Part shown: in pieces, positions 35,412 to 44,152 of the stretch | How positions within the stretch are numbered: the first letter of the stretch is position 1 | Layout: each line of letters starts with the position of its first letter | DNA from: an uncultured virus (IMG/VR IMGVR_UViG_3300020577_012118) | Taxonomy: Duplodnaviria; Heunggongvirae; Uroviricota; Caudoviricetes | IMG/VR virus record: IMGVR_UViG_3300020577_012118 | Direction: 5' to 3' (one strand) | DNA length: 64,000 nucleotides | Notes under the pieces: model-generated | What the model was told of the DNA's origin: nothing | Database searches by the model: none | What the model saw: the letters and a program-made list of their open reading frames with translations, nothing else | Translations under genes and position numbers: made by a program

Positions 35412-38410
35412 TGCGACCGCCGGACGGGTACGCGGAGACGCCCGAGGGCCTCGTCTACTTCGCCGACGGGCTTCACCCCGTCGCGAGGTGGGACGGGATC
35501 GCCGCGCGCACGTATCCGGTCGGCGTCAAGAAGCCGGCGGCCGCCTGCACGCTGGCCAAGGACGCCTCCGTCCTCGACCCGCGCCCGGCCGCCCCGCTGA
35601 CGGCTTGCACGCTCATCAAGGACCCCGCCGCCGCAGCGCCGAGCGTCCCGTCAACGCCGACCGCCCCGTCGATCGCCAAGGACGCTTCGCGTGACGCCAA
35701 GTGGAACCCGTTCTACCCGATGACCCAGGGCGGCCAGGCGGCCGCGCTCAAGGGGACGTACCGCTGCTCGATGCGTTACCAGGACTCCAGCGGGAACTTC
35801 TCGCCGTGGAGCGCCGTGTCGGCCGACTTCGTGGTCACCCGCACGGCGGACGTGCCGCCCCTGGCCGACTACTTCGCCGGCGACCCGCCGAACGTCTTCG
35901 CGCTGAAGTACACCGGCGTCCCGGTCCCGACGAACAAGACGATCGTCCGGCGGCAGATCGCCCTCAACGCCAACATGAGCGACCTGGACGCCTGCATGCG
36001 GACGACGCCCGGCGTGACGGCGAACACGAACGACACGTACTACCTCGACCTGGACACGACGGACCTCACGGCGACGACGCTCATCTCGAACGAGACGATC
36101 GAGCGGGGCAACCCGTTCCTGGGGCTGCGGCCCGGTGCCCTGCGGACGGTGGCCCAGACGACGAAGGTCAACCTGGCGGACACGCCGCAGCCGGCGGGCA
36201 TCGTCGGCGCGTACTACGCCTACGTCCGCTACATCGACGACCAGAACCGCCCGTCGGCCCTGTCGCCGATCTCCGCCGTCCTGCCGCTCGCGGCCGACGA
36301 TTACGCCTACGGCTTCAAGTACACGAGCGTCCCGGTCTCTCCCGACGCGGCCGTCGTCCGCCGGCAGATCCTGCGCAACGCCGCGGAAAGCCCGGACGTC
36401 TTCTACGTGGACATCGACACCACCGACCTGGTGGCCACGACGTTCACCAGCGACAAGCTCGACGCGGAACTGATCACCGGCACGCCGATCAACCCGGCCG
36501 TGGACACGCCGACCGTCGGCCTGGTCGGCGACTACTCCGCGTACGTCCGGTTCGTGAACGAGCGGGGCAGCTACTCCGACCTCTCGCCGCTGTCCAACGT
36601 GCTGTCTCTCGCGGAGAGCGATTACGTCTACGGCGTCACCTACTCCGCCGTCCCGGTGCCGACGGAGGACAACGTCGTCAAGCGGCAGATCCTCCGCAAC
36701 ACGAGCGGCCAGGCGTCCACGTACTACGTGGACATCGAGACCACGGACCTCGTGACGACGACGTTCTCCAGCGCGAAGACGGATTCGGAACTGTCCGCCC
36801 AAACGGCCGTCCCGCTGTTCGCCTCCGACGGCGGCATCCTGGCCAACACCCGCGGCGTCCCGCCGTCGTACAAGACGGTGATGGCCCACCACTCCGGGCG
36901 GATGTTCCTGGCCGTCGATCGGGTCGTCTCCAGCGAACTCAAGGGCGGCGGGGTGACCGTCACCAACGGCTCGACCGCGGTGACGGGCGTCAACACGGCC
37001 TGGACGAGCTACATGGCCGGCCGCTTCTTCTGGGTGAAGGGCGCGACCCGGTCCTACGAGATCGCGAGCGTCGATGCCACCGCCCAGACGCTCGTCCTCA
37101 CGGAAGCCTACGCCGACTCGACCAACGCCTTCGGCGTCTACGCCATCCGCCCCGCCCCCGCGGAGCGGCGGCTCGTGTACTACACCCAGCCCGGCGAGCC
37201 GGAAAGCTGGCCGTCTTTCAACGCCCTGGAGCTGCAGGAGGACGGCGACGAGTTGACGGGCCTGATGCAGAAGGACTCGTTCATCTACTTCATCGAGGCC
37301 AAACACATCTACCGGTTCACGTTCCAGAATGACCCGGCCGTGGACGGTTATGTCTACCTTGGTGTGAATCGCGGGTGCGTCAACAACCGTTGTTGGGTGT
37401 TGGTAGACGGAATGGCCTACATGCTGGACTACTCCGGGGTCCACGCCTTCGACGGCAGCGAGGAGGCCAAGAGCGTCTCCGACCCGATCCAGACGCTGTT
37501 CTACGAGAGCGAGGGTTCGGCCCGGATCCACTGGCCGGCGTCGGAACTGTTCCACGCCGCGAACTACCCCGACGAGCGGATCATCCGGTGGTTCGTGGCC
37601 ATGGCCGGCGAGTACGCCCCGCGTCACGCCCTGTGCTACGCCTACGACTCGAACTCGTGGTGGATCGAGGAGTATGACCGCCCCGTCGGCTCGTCGGCGA
37701 CCGGCACGTTCCGCTACCGCCGCCGCGTGTTCGCCGGCAGCGACGCCGGTCTGTGCCTTCTCACGAACGAGGGCCGTCTCGACGGCATCGACCCGAGCGG
37801 CGGGACGACCCGGGGCCGCGTCACGTCGGCCTCACTCTACCGCCTGACCGACGACACCGCTTCCTGGCCCGACGGCCTGGCCGGGCGGAGCGTCACGATC
37901 GCCTCCGGGAAGGGGGTTGGTCAGCGCCGCCGGATCGTGTCGCAGAGCGGCACCACCATCCAGGTGCGCGACCCGTGGGCCGTCCTGCCCGACGAGACGA
38001 GCGTCTACCAGCTGGGCGGGATCGGCTGGGAGTGGAAATCCGGATGGATGCGGTTCGTCGAGGACGAGGAGGACGTGCCGCGCAAGATCGAGGTCCTGTA
38101 CCAGCCGACGCGGGCCGGTTCGGTCCCGGCCACGATGCGGCTGCGGACCTACAAGGACTTCGAGGAGGAGGCGGTCGTCTGGGACAAGACCACGAAGGCG
38201 GCCGCCGGCGAAGGCTTCTCCGCCAGCAAGGGATCGCCGGACCTGGTCGCCGACATGAGCCAGAAGCGCGGGTTCGTCCAGCAGAGGATGGGCGGCCACA
38301 AGGAACTGAACATGGTCGGCAGCCGCTACATCGGCTTCGGCCTGGCGGGCGTCGCGAGCGAGGACGAGCAGGCCATCTATCACGTCGCCATCGACGGCGC
38401 GAGGGGGTGA
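35411..38410 (+). CDS. Large tail protein (nozzle/stabilisation-like) with three internal domain repeats
   Basis: VYFADG..P..RWDG, HSGRMFLA, VYYTQPGEPESWP, GDELTGL, RGCVN beta-propeller-like motifs. Confidence 0.7.
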   Translation: MRPPDGYAETPEGLVYFADGLHPVARWDGIAARTYPVGVKKPAAACTLAKDASVLDPRPAAPLTACTLIKDPAAAAPSVPSTPTAPSIAKDASRDAKWNPFYPMTQGGQAAALKGTYRCSMRYQDSSGNFSPWSAVSADFVVTRTADVPPLADYFAGDPPNVFALKYTGVPVPTNKTIVRRQIALNANMSDLDACMRTTPGVTANTNDTYYLDLDTTDLTATTLISNETIERGNPFLGLRPGALRTVAQTTKVNLADTPQPAGIVGAYYAYVRYIDDQNRPSALSPISAVLPLAADDYAYGFKYTSVPVSPDAAVVRRQILRNAAESPDVFYVDIDTTDLVATTFTSDKLDAELITGTPINPAVDTPTVGLVGDYSAYVRFVNERGSYSDLSPLSNVLSLAESDYVYGVTYSAVPVPTEDNVVKRQILRNTSGQASTYYVDIETTDLVTTTFSSAKTDSELSAQTAVPLFASDGGILANTRGVPPSYKTVMAHHSGRMFLAVDRVVSSELKGGGVTVTNGSTAVTGVNTAWTSYMAGRFFWVKGATRSYEIASVDATAQTLVLTEAYADSTNAFGVYAIRPAPAERRLVYYTQPGEPESWPSFNALELQEDGDELTGLMQKDSFIYFIEAKHIYRFTFQNDPAVDGYVYLGVNRGCVNNRCWVLVDGMAYMLDYSGVHAFDGSEEAKSVSDPIQTLFYESEGSARIHWPASELFHAANYPDERIIRWFVAMAGEYAPRHALCYAYDSNSWWIEEYDRPVGSSATGTFRYRRRVFAGSDAGLCLLTNEGRLDGIDPSGGTTRGRVTSASLYRLTDDTASWPDGLAGRSVTIASGKGVGQRRRIVSQSGTTIQVRDPWAVLPDETSVYQLGGIGWEWKSGWMRFVEDEEDVPRKIEVLYQPTRAGSVPATMRLRTYKDFEEEAVVWDKTTKAAAGEGFSASKGSPDLVADMSQKRGFVQQRMGGHKELNMVGSRYIGFGLAGVASEDEQAIYHVAIDGARG

Positions 38411-38413
38411 GCC

Positions 38414-39004
38414 GTGTTCGGACAGCAGGCCATGCGTCTCCTGCGGACGAAGTGGAAACAGGTGAACACGTTCGCCCAGGAACTCTACGCGATGTTCCAG
38501 GACGACATCCCCCTGGAACACTCCGCGCCGATCACCATCAACTACGCCGGGCCGGACGCCCCGCTCAAGCTCGACCGCGGCTTCTCCGACGGCCCGGTCA
38601 TCACCGCCAGCAGCGGCGGCAAAGACGGCGGCATGAAGTTCACGCCCGACGGCTCGACGACGATCTACGGCGACCAGGTCGTGTTCGAGTACCTGGAGAA
38701 CGGCGAGGTCGTCCGCACGCCGGTCCAGGACCTGGGCAACAAGGCCCAGGACGACAAGAAGCCGTCCGCATCGACATACCCCGCCCAGGTCGTCAGCGGC
38801 GAGGCGCAGACGTACATCGTCACGCTGTACACCAACGGAGTCGGCTCGACCGGGACGAAGGTGACGGCGACCGCCCTGGGCGTCGCCGACGACGCCACGC
38901 TCGACGTCGATAGCTGGCACATGGTGTCGGCCATCTCGACCGTCGTCGCCGGGCAGTCGAAAACCGCGTACTACTTCACGCCCAACGTGTGGGGGGCCGA
39001 TTGA
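38414..39004 (+). CDS. Probable virion protein
   Basis: Operon packing; beta-rich. Confidence 0.55.
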   Translation: MFGQQAMRLLRTKWKQVNTFAQELYAMFQDDIPLEHSAPITINYAGPDAPLKLDRGFSDGPVITASSGGKDGGMKFTPDGSTTIYGDQVVFEYLENGEVVRTPVQDLGNKAQDDKKPSASTYPAQVVSGEAQTYIVTLYTNGVGSTGTKVTATALGVADDATLDVDSWHMVSAISTVVAGQSKTAYYFTPNVWGAD

Positions 39005-40044
39005 TGGCGACCACCCCCACGGCCGGGCACCCGATGAAGCTCGTCGGCTGGACGGTCGATAAGGCGACGATCGACCCGGACACCGGCGTCCCGTCACCCG
39101 TCCAGTCGTCCGCGACGGACTGGTCCGGGAAGCCGGTCACCAGCGCCCTGAACCTACCGATCGCCGCCACCCCGGAGTTCGTCGGCCTGGCCCGCGGCGA
39201 GAGCGCCGCGTACTACGGCGACGCGGAGTTCCTGATCGCGTCCCCCAAGAAGAATAAGCAGGGGCACCCGGTCCGGGTGCCGCCGCGGGTCGTGTACATC
39301 CAGAACGCCACGGCCGATTACTGCTCGCGGCTCAAGGCGTCGATCGGCCAGAGCCTGGAGCAGGCCAACATCTGGTGTTTCGGCAACAGCGGCATCGTCC
39401 CGGACGGGGCCGGCTTCCTCGACATGGCCCCGTTCACCGGGCGGACGAGCCAGACGACGACGGCGTCGTACTCGCTGACCAACGCGAACGGCGACGTGTT
39501 CGCGTCCGGCGACTACTCGACCGATTGGGCGTCGGTGACGGTCGATCCGGCCAGGTGGATGGGCCGCGAGCTTCTGGTCATCGTGCTGGGCGAGTACGAC
39601 CGCTGGTCGATGCAGACGATCGGCGGCGTCGGGGCCTACCAGCCCGACCCGATCGGGCACCCGGAGATCGTCGTCTACAACTTCTCGTCCCAGCTGGACG
39701 ACAAGCCCGAGGTCCGGGAGCAGATCAACGCCCAGCTGCTCAACACGTCCGCGGCGTTCAAGAGGTACGCCGTAAGGCTGATCGGGGTCTTCAAGGGGTG
39801 CCAGGTGTCGATCGACGTCGATGACCCGCACCTGGTCGGCGCGAGGGCGCAGCGTGACGCCTTCGACGCGGCGGTGAACGGCACGAGCCGGTCGAACCTC
39901 GACGCGACGTTCGCCGGCATCGACTACCAGGGCGTCTACTTCGACGTCCCGAACGAGGATCCGTCGGGGATCGATGACCTGATCGACGTCGCGGCCAAGA
40001 TCGAGACATGGGTCCGGGAGTTCTACGCGGAGGCTTTCTCATGA
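39004..40044 (+). CDS. Hypothetical protein in tail module
   Basis: TGATG coupling with the previous gene. Confidence 0.6.
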   Translation: MATTPTAGHPMKLVGWTVDKATIDPDTGVPSPVQSSATDWSGKPVTSALNLPIAATPEFVGLARGESAAYYGDAEFLIASPKKNKQGHPVRVPPRVVYIQNATADYCSRLKASIGQSLEQANIWCFGNSGIVPDGAGFLDMAPFTGRTSQTTTASYSLTNANGDVFASGDYSTDWASVTVDPARWMGRELLVIVLGEYDRWSMQTIGGVGAYQPDPIGHPEIVVYNFSSQLDDKPEVREQINAQLLNTSAAFKRYAVRLIGVFKGCQVSIDVDDPHLVGARAQRDAFDAAVNGTSRSNLDATFAGIDYQGVYFDVPNEDPSGIDDLIDVAAKIETWVREFYAEAFS

Positions 40045-40826
40045 ACGTGCGCGATCAGGGTTTCGGGCTCAACTTCAACCAAGGGTTCGGCCAGGGCCGG
40101 TTCGTCGCCGCGGCGCAGCCCGACATGGCGGCACGCCAGGGCTCGTGGGACATGCTCACGCAGGGCCGCCAGAACCAGTTCACCGCGGGACAGAACGACG
40201 CCAACCGCGGGCTCCAGCGTTACCTGGGCGACCAGGGCAACGCGACGCAGCGGTACGGGATCGACCAGCAGGCGGCGACGAGCCGCGAGGGCAACCGGCT
40301 GCAATACCAGGCGAGCATCCTGCCCGCCAACCTGCGCCAGAGCCGGTTCAACACGCTCCTGCCCTACCTGAACCAGGCGATGGGCGGCATGGGGAGCATG
40401 TTCGGCGGCGGCTACAACGGCGCGGGGCAGCGCGGCCAGCAGCCGCTCATCTCCGCAGCCCCCGTGCTGTCGGCCTCCCAGGTCCAGCAACAGGTGAACG
40501 GGGCGCGGGCCAACAACGACGCGGCGACGGCCGGCCAGGTTCAGCAGATGAACGCCGGCCTGGCCGGGCGCGGGTTCGGCAGCAACAGCCCGCTCGCCCA
40601 GGCGCTCATGGCGAACTACGCCGGCCAGAACATGGCCACGAACACGGCGAACGAGCGCGACACGCGCATCAACGCCAGCCAGCTGAACGCCGACCACATC
40701 CTCAAGGCCCAGATGGCTCAGGAGGGACAGTTCGCCTCCCGCCAGCAGGAGGAGATCGAGCGGGGCAAAGCGTACACCGGCGGCATCTCTTCGCTGCTGT
40801 CGGCCCTGGGCAGCTTCGGGAGCTAA
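40041..40826 (+). CDS. Probable ejection/pilot protein
   Basis: Gln/Gly/Ala/Asn-rich; LAGRGFGSNSP motif. Confidence 0.6.
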   Translation: MNVRDQGFGLNFNQGFGQGRFVAAAQPDMAARQGSWDMLTQGRQNQFTAGQNDANRGLQRYLGDQGNATQRYGIDQQAATSREGNRLQYQASILPANLRQSRFNTLLPYLNQAMGGMGSMFGGGYNGAGQRGQQPLISAAPVLSASQVQQQVNGARANNDAATAGQVQQMNAGLAGRGFGSNSPLAQALMANYAGQNMATNTANERDTRINASQLNADHILKAQMAQEGQFASRQQEEIERGKAYTGGISSLLSALGSFGS

Positions 40827-40838
40827 GGAGTCACCGTC

Positions 40839-42110
40839 ATGGCATACGTCGATCCGAACATGGCCGGCCCGTTGAGCGAGGAGGAGCGGAAGCGTCTGCT
40901 GATGTCGCAGGCGTCCGGAGGTCCTCCGCCCGTGGCCGACCCGAACGACCCGACGCCCGACGCCAAGTTCAAGGCGTGGGTGATGGGCGGAGCTACGCCG
41001 GCGGCGGTGCCGGCCGCCCCCGCCGCGGCCCGGCCCGTGCCGACGGCCCCCGCCGCCCCGGCGCTGACGATGCCGTCGAACGAGCCGCAGCACTTCGGCA
41101 AGTCGATGGACGAGATCCGCGCCCGCGGCGGGGCCTACGGCACGACGCCGTCGGGCAACACCTACGGCTACGACATCGGCGGCGACCCGATGGTCGCCCG
41201 GATGAACGCGCTGGGCAAGGGCGGCGTCGGCGACCAGGCCGAGGCGATGCGTCTGCTCAACATGCAGATGCACGGCCCCGGCCCCGGCATGACCGATCCG
41301 CGGAACCAGGCGGCCGCCATGCAAGCCTACCTGGGGCTCGCGAAACAGTCGGTGGACACCGGCCGGGCCGGCGTCGAGGAGTACCTGGGGATCGGCAAAC
41401 TGGGCAACGACCGCACCGGCCTCGAGCTTCAGCGCGGCCAGCTGGGGATCCAGGACCGCGCCCAGACGCTCGCCGAGACGAAGGACGCCCGGGAGGCCGA
41501 CAAGAACCAGCTGGAGCAGAAGTTCTACGACGGCCTGGTCCTGTCCGGGCGGACGCCGGCGGAGGCCGACGCCGTCATCAAGCAGCGCCGCCTGTCGGTC
41601 GGCAGCGGCTCGTCCCCGGGCCTGGGGGCCGGCGAGCAGCCGTTCGACCCGCACCGCCCCAACGCGGCGTTCGAGCAGGCCGTAGGCCCGGAACTGCTCA
41701 AGGAGGTTGACGCGGCCAAGGCGGCGGGGCAGCACCAGAGCACCGTCCTGGCAAATCTCCATTCCAAGATGGGCGACGCGGCGTTCATGCAGGCCCTCCC
41801 GGCGATCCAGCAGCTGATCAACTCCCGGTACGGTGCGAACGGCTTCAAGGACGCCGTCACCCCGGGGGCGGCCCGGACCCAGATGCGTCGCGTCTTTTCG
41901 ATGCTGGGCGGTCCCAGCGCCGAGGCGACCATCACCAGCAAGCTCCGCAACTTCCTGGGGATGGGGGTGCCGTCGAGCGGTCCGATTCTCGACTACGTCG
42001 ATTACCGGACCGGCGGCTACCAGCGCCCGCAAGGCCCGACCGTCGAGACGATGTTTCCCGGAGAAGAGAACGCGGCCAAGCGTGCCGCCCTGTACGCGGG
42101 GGTACGTTGA
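40839..42110 (+). CDS. Probable ejection (internal virion) protein
   Basis: TAAGGAG RBS; Ala/Gly/Gln-rich helical. Confidence 0.55.
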   Translation: MAYVDPNMAGPLSEEERKRLLMSQASGGPPPVADPNDPTPDAKFKAWVMGGATPAAVPAAPAAARPVPTAPAAPALTMPSNEPQHFGKSMDEIRARGGAYGTTPSGNTYGYDIGGDPMVARMNALGKGGVGDQAEAMRLLNMQMHGPGPGMTDPRNQAAAMQAYLGLAKQSVDTGRAGVEEYLGIGKLGNDRTGLELQRGQLGIQDRAQTLAETKDAREADKNQLEQKFYDGLVLSGRTPAEADAVIKQRRLSVGSGSSPGLGAGEQPFDPHRPNAAFEQAVGPELLKEVDAAKAAGQHQSTVLANLHSKMGDAAFMQALPAIQQLINSRYGANGFKDAVTPGAARTQMRRVFSMLGGPSAEATITSKLRNFLGMGVPSSGPILDYVDYRTGGYQRPQGPTVETMFPGEENAAKRAALYAGVR

Positions 42111-42113
42111 GCC

Positions 42114-43004
42114 ATGCTGTCGGACATCCTCAGCGGAATCGGGACCGTCCTGGACGCCCCGCGCAGCCTCGTGTACCAGGGCGGCAACGCCCTGGCGCGT
42201 GCCGCCGGCTACCAGGGTCCGGAGGTCAAACACTTCGCCGACCTCCTGGGACACGCCGGGATGGACCGTGATTCCTGGCTCACCCAGGGGCTGGGGATGG
42301 TCGGCGACATGGCGACGGACCCGCTCACCTACGCCGGCGGCTTCCTGGGGAAGAAGCTGGGCCAGATGGCGTTCTCGAAGTTCGGGCCGATGCACGGGTC
42401 CGACGCGGCCAAGCTCGCCGGCCTGGCCGTCCCCGAGGCGGCCGCCGGCCGGGGCGGCACGGCGATGGCCGAGCGTGCCCTCGCCAGCCCGCACGCCAAG
42501 GCGATCCTGAACGAGGTCCCCGGAGGCTCGAAGTTCCTGGGGGCCGGGGCCGAATCCCTGGCGCTGGAGACGCCCGCCGGCGACGTCCTCCGCCTCAGCC
42601 CGTTCGACCCGAAGAGCGCCATCGACTACAGCCGGGCGGCCGAGTACGCGAACGTGCCGACCAGGCGTCAGGTGTACGGAAACATCGAGGTATCCCGCGT
42701 CCCCAAGGCGGCCGGCGTCGGCGACGCGGCCCTGTTCGACGCGGCCGCCCCCAAGCTCAAGGAGGGCCTGGCGGGGCACGGCTACGACCTGTTCGACTTC
42801 AAGCCGGAAGACTTCGGCGTCGTCGGCGGCCGCCCGAAGGTCCTCGACCTGGGCAGCCTCGACGCCCTGGACCCGGCCTCCGCCCCGTTCCGCGCCCTGG
42901 CCGGGGCGGCGACGCCGGGGTTCATGCGCGCGGGCACCGCCGGCGGGACGATCGCCGGCGGCGGGCTGGGACGCCTGGGTGGATACCTTGGCCTGACGGG
43001 ATGA
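42114..43004 (+). CDS. DPLTY-family probable ejected protein with protein-kinase-like C-terminal domain
   Basis: LDAPR and DPLTYAGG module; then FLGAGAES, VLRL, DFKPED, VLDLG. Confidence 0.6.
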   Translation: MLSDILSGIGTVLDAPRSLVYQGGNALARAAGYQGPEVKHFADLLGHAGMDRDSWLTQGLGMVGDMATDPLTYAGGFLGKKLGQMAFSKFGPMHGSDAAKLAGLAVPEAAAGRGGTAMAERALASPHAKAILNEVPGGSKFLGAGAESLALETPAGDVLRLSPFDPKSAIDYSRAAEYANVPTRRQVYGNIEVSRVPKAAGVGDAALFDAAAPKLKEGLAGHGYDLFDFKPEDFGVVGGRPKVLDLGSLDALDPASAPFRALAGAATPGFMRAGTAGGTIAGGGLGRLGGYLGLTG

Positions 43005-43018
43005 GGCGGGAGGAACGA

Positions 43019-43034
43019 TTTGCCCACGGGCAAC
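43019..43034. promoter_or_regulatory. Palindromic site copy 4 (intergenic)
   Basis: TTTGCCCACGGGCAAC. Confidence 0.65.
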
Positions 43035-43060
43035 TGTAATGGATTCGCGGGAGACTCACC

Positions 43061-44152
43061 ATGTACGAAGCGGTCGGCCAGGCACTGGGCAGCGGGTTGG
43101 GCGGCGGGCTGGGCCTGATCGGCGGGGCCTTGTCCGCACCGCGTCGCGCCCTGTGGGCCGCCCTGGGCGCTCCCGAGAACGGCAACGAACTGGTCGCCAA
43201 CTCGACCGGCCTCGACAAGGACGGCTTCCTGGCCCGCGCCCTGGGCCTGGGGGCCGAGGTGATCGGCGACCCGCTCACCTACGCCGGCGGCGTCCTGGGC
43301 GGGCCGCTGGGGAAGCTGTGGGGCCGGGCGGCCGGGGCGGAGGCGGCCCTCGCCGGCGACATCGGCACGATGACGGCCGCCAAGGCGGCGGCCCAGAAGG
43401 GCCTGGCGGACCGGGCCGCCCTGGAGGCGGCGACCGTCCAGCAGAACATGGCCCGCGTCCCGGGCTTCGCCGGCCTGGACATCGCCGGCATCGCCGGCGA
43501 CCAGGCCAAGCGGGCGGCCTACGCCGGCCAGTCGGCGTTCGACGAGCTTGCCGCGGCCGGCCTGGGCCGGGCGGCCAACACCCTGCCGCCGCCGGCGGTC
43601 AGCCCGCACCTCCCCCTGGGCGTCGTGAACGACGTCGAGACGCTGGGCCGGACCTTTCCCCCGGGATTCGGGTCCGTGCCGCTGCGGGGCACCAACGGCG
43701 GCAAGATGATCGGCTCGTCCCTCCAGAGGACGAGCGCCGGGACGCTCCCGACGCTCTCCCCGGAGGAACTGGATTTCATGAGGCGGATGGCGGCGACCGA
43801 GCCGGGAGGCTGGCAGGGGCTGGAGCAGGCGACCGCCGGCGGCCTTGGCCCGCGGCAGCTGGTCGAGGAGACGATGCGGCACAGCGCCGCCCGGGCGAAC
43901 GCCGCGCGGCCGATGCCCAAATTTTCCGAGGTCCTGGGCCAAGGGCCGTTTCCGTCCCCGATCGCCGGCGCGATGTCGCAGCCCCTCCCGCAGGCCCTGA
44001 CGACCGTCGAACAGGCGATCGCCGAGGCCCTGGCCCGGCAGAAGGCGATGGAATTCGGCCTTTCCGACTACCTCAAGGTCGGCGGGGCGGCCTACGGCGG
44101 CGGCCTCGCCGGCGACTACTTGCAGCGTCAGGAGGGGAGAAGTGTTCGATAA
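43061..44152 (+). CDS. DPLTY-family probable ejected protein
   Basis: LSAPRRALW and GDPLTYAGGVLG. Confidence 0.6.
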   Translation: MYEAVGQALGSGLGGGLGLIGGALSAPRRALWAALGAPENGNELVANSTGLDKDGFLARALGLGAEVIGDPLTYAGGVLGGPLGKLWGRAAGAEAALAGDIGTMTAAKAAAQKGLADRAALEAATVQQNMARVPGFAGLDIAGIAGDQAKRAAYAGQSAFDELAAAGLGRAANTLPPPAVSPHLPLGVVNDVETLGRTFPPGFGSVPLRGTNGGKMIGSSLQRTSAGTLPTLSPEELDFMRRMAATEPGGWQGLEQATAGGLGPRQLVEETMRHSAARANAARPMPKFSEVLGQGPFPSPIAGAMSQPLPQALTTVEQAIAEALARQKAMEFGLSDYLKVGGAAYGGGLAGDYLQRQEGRSVR

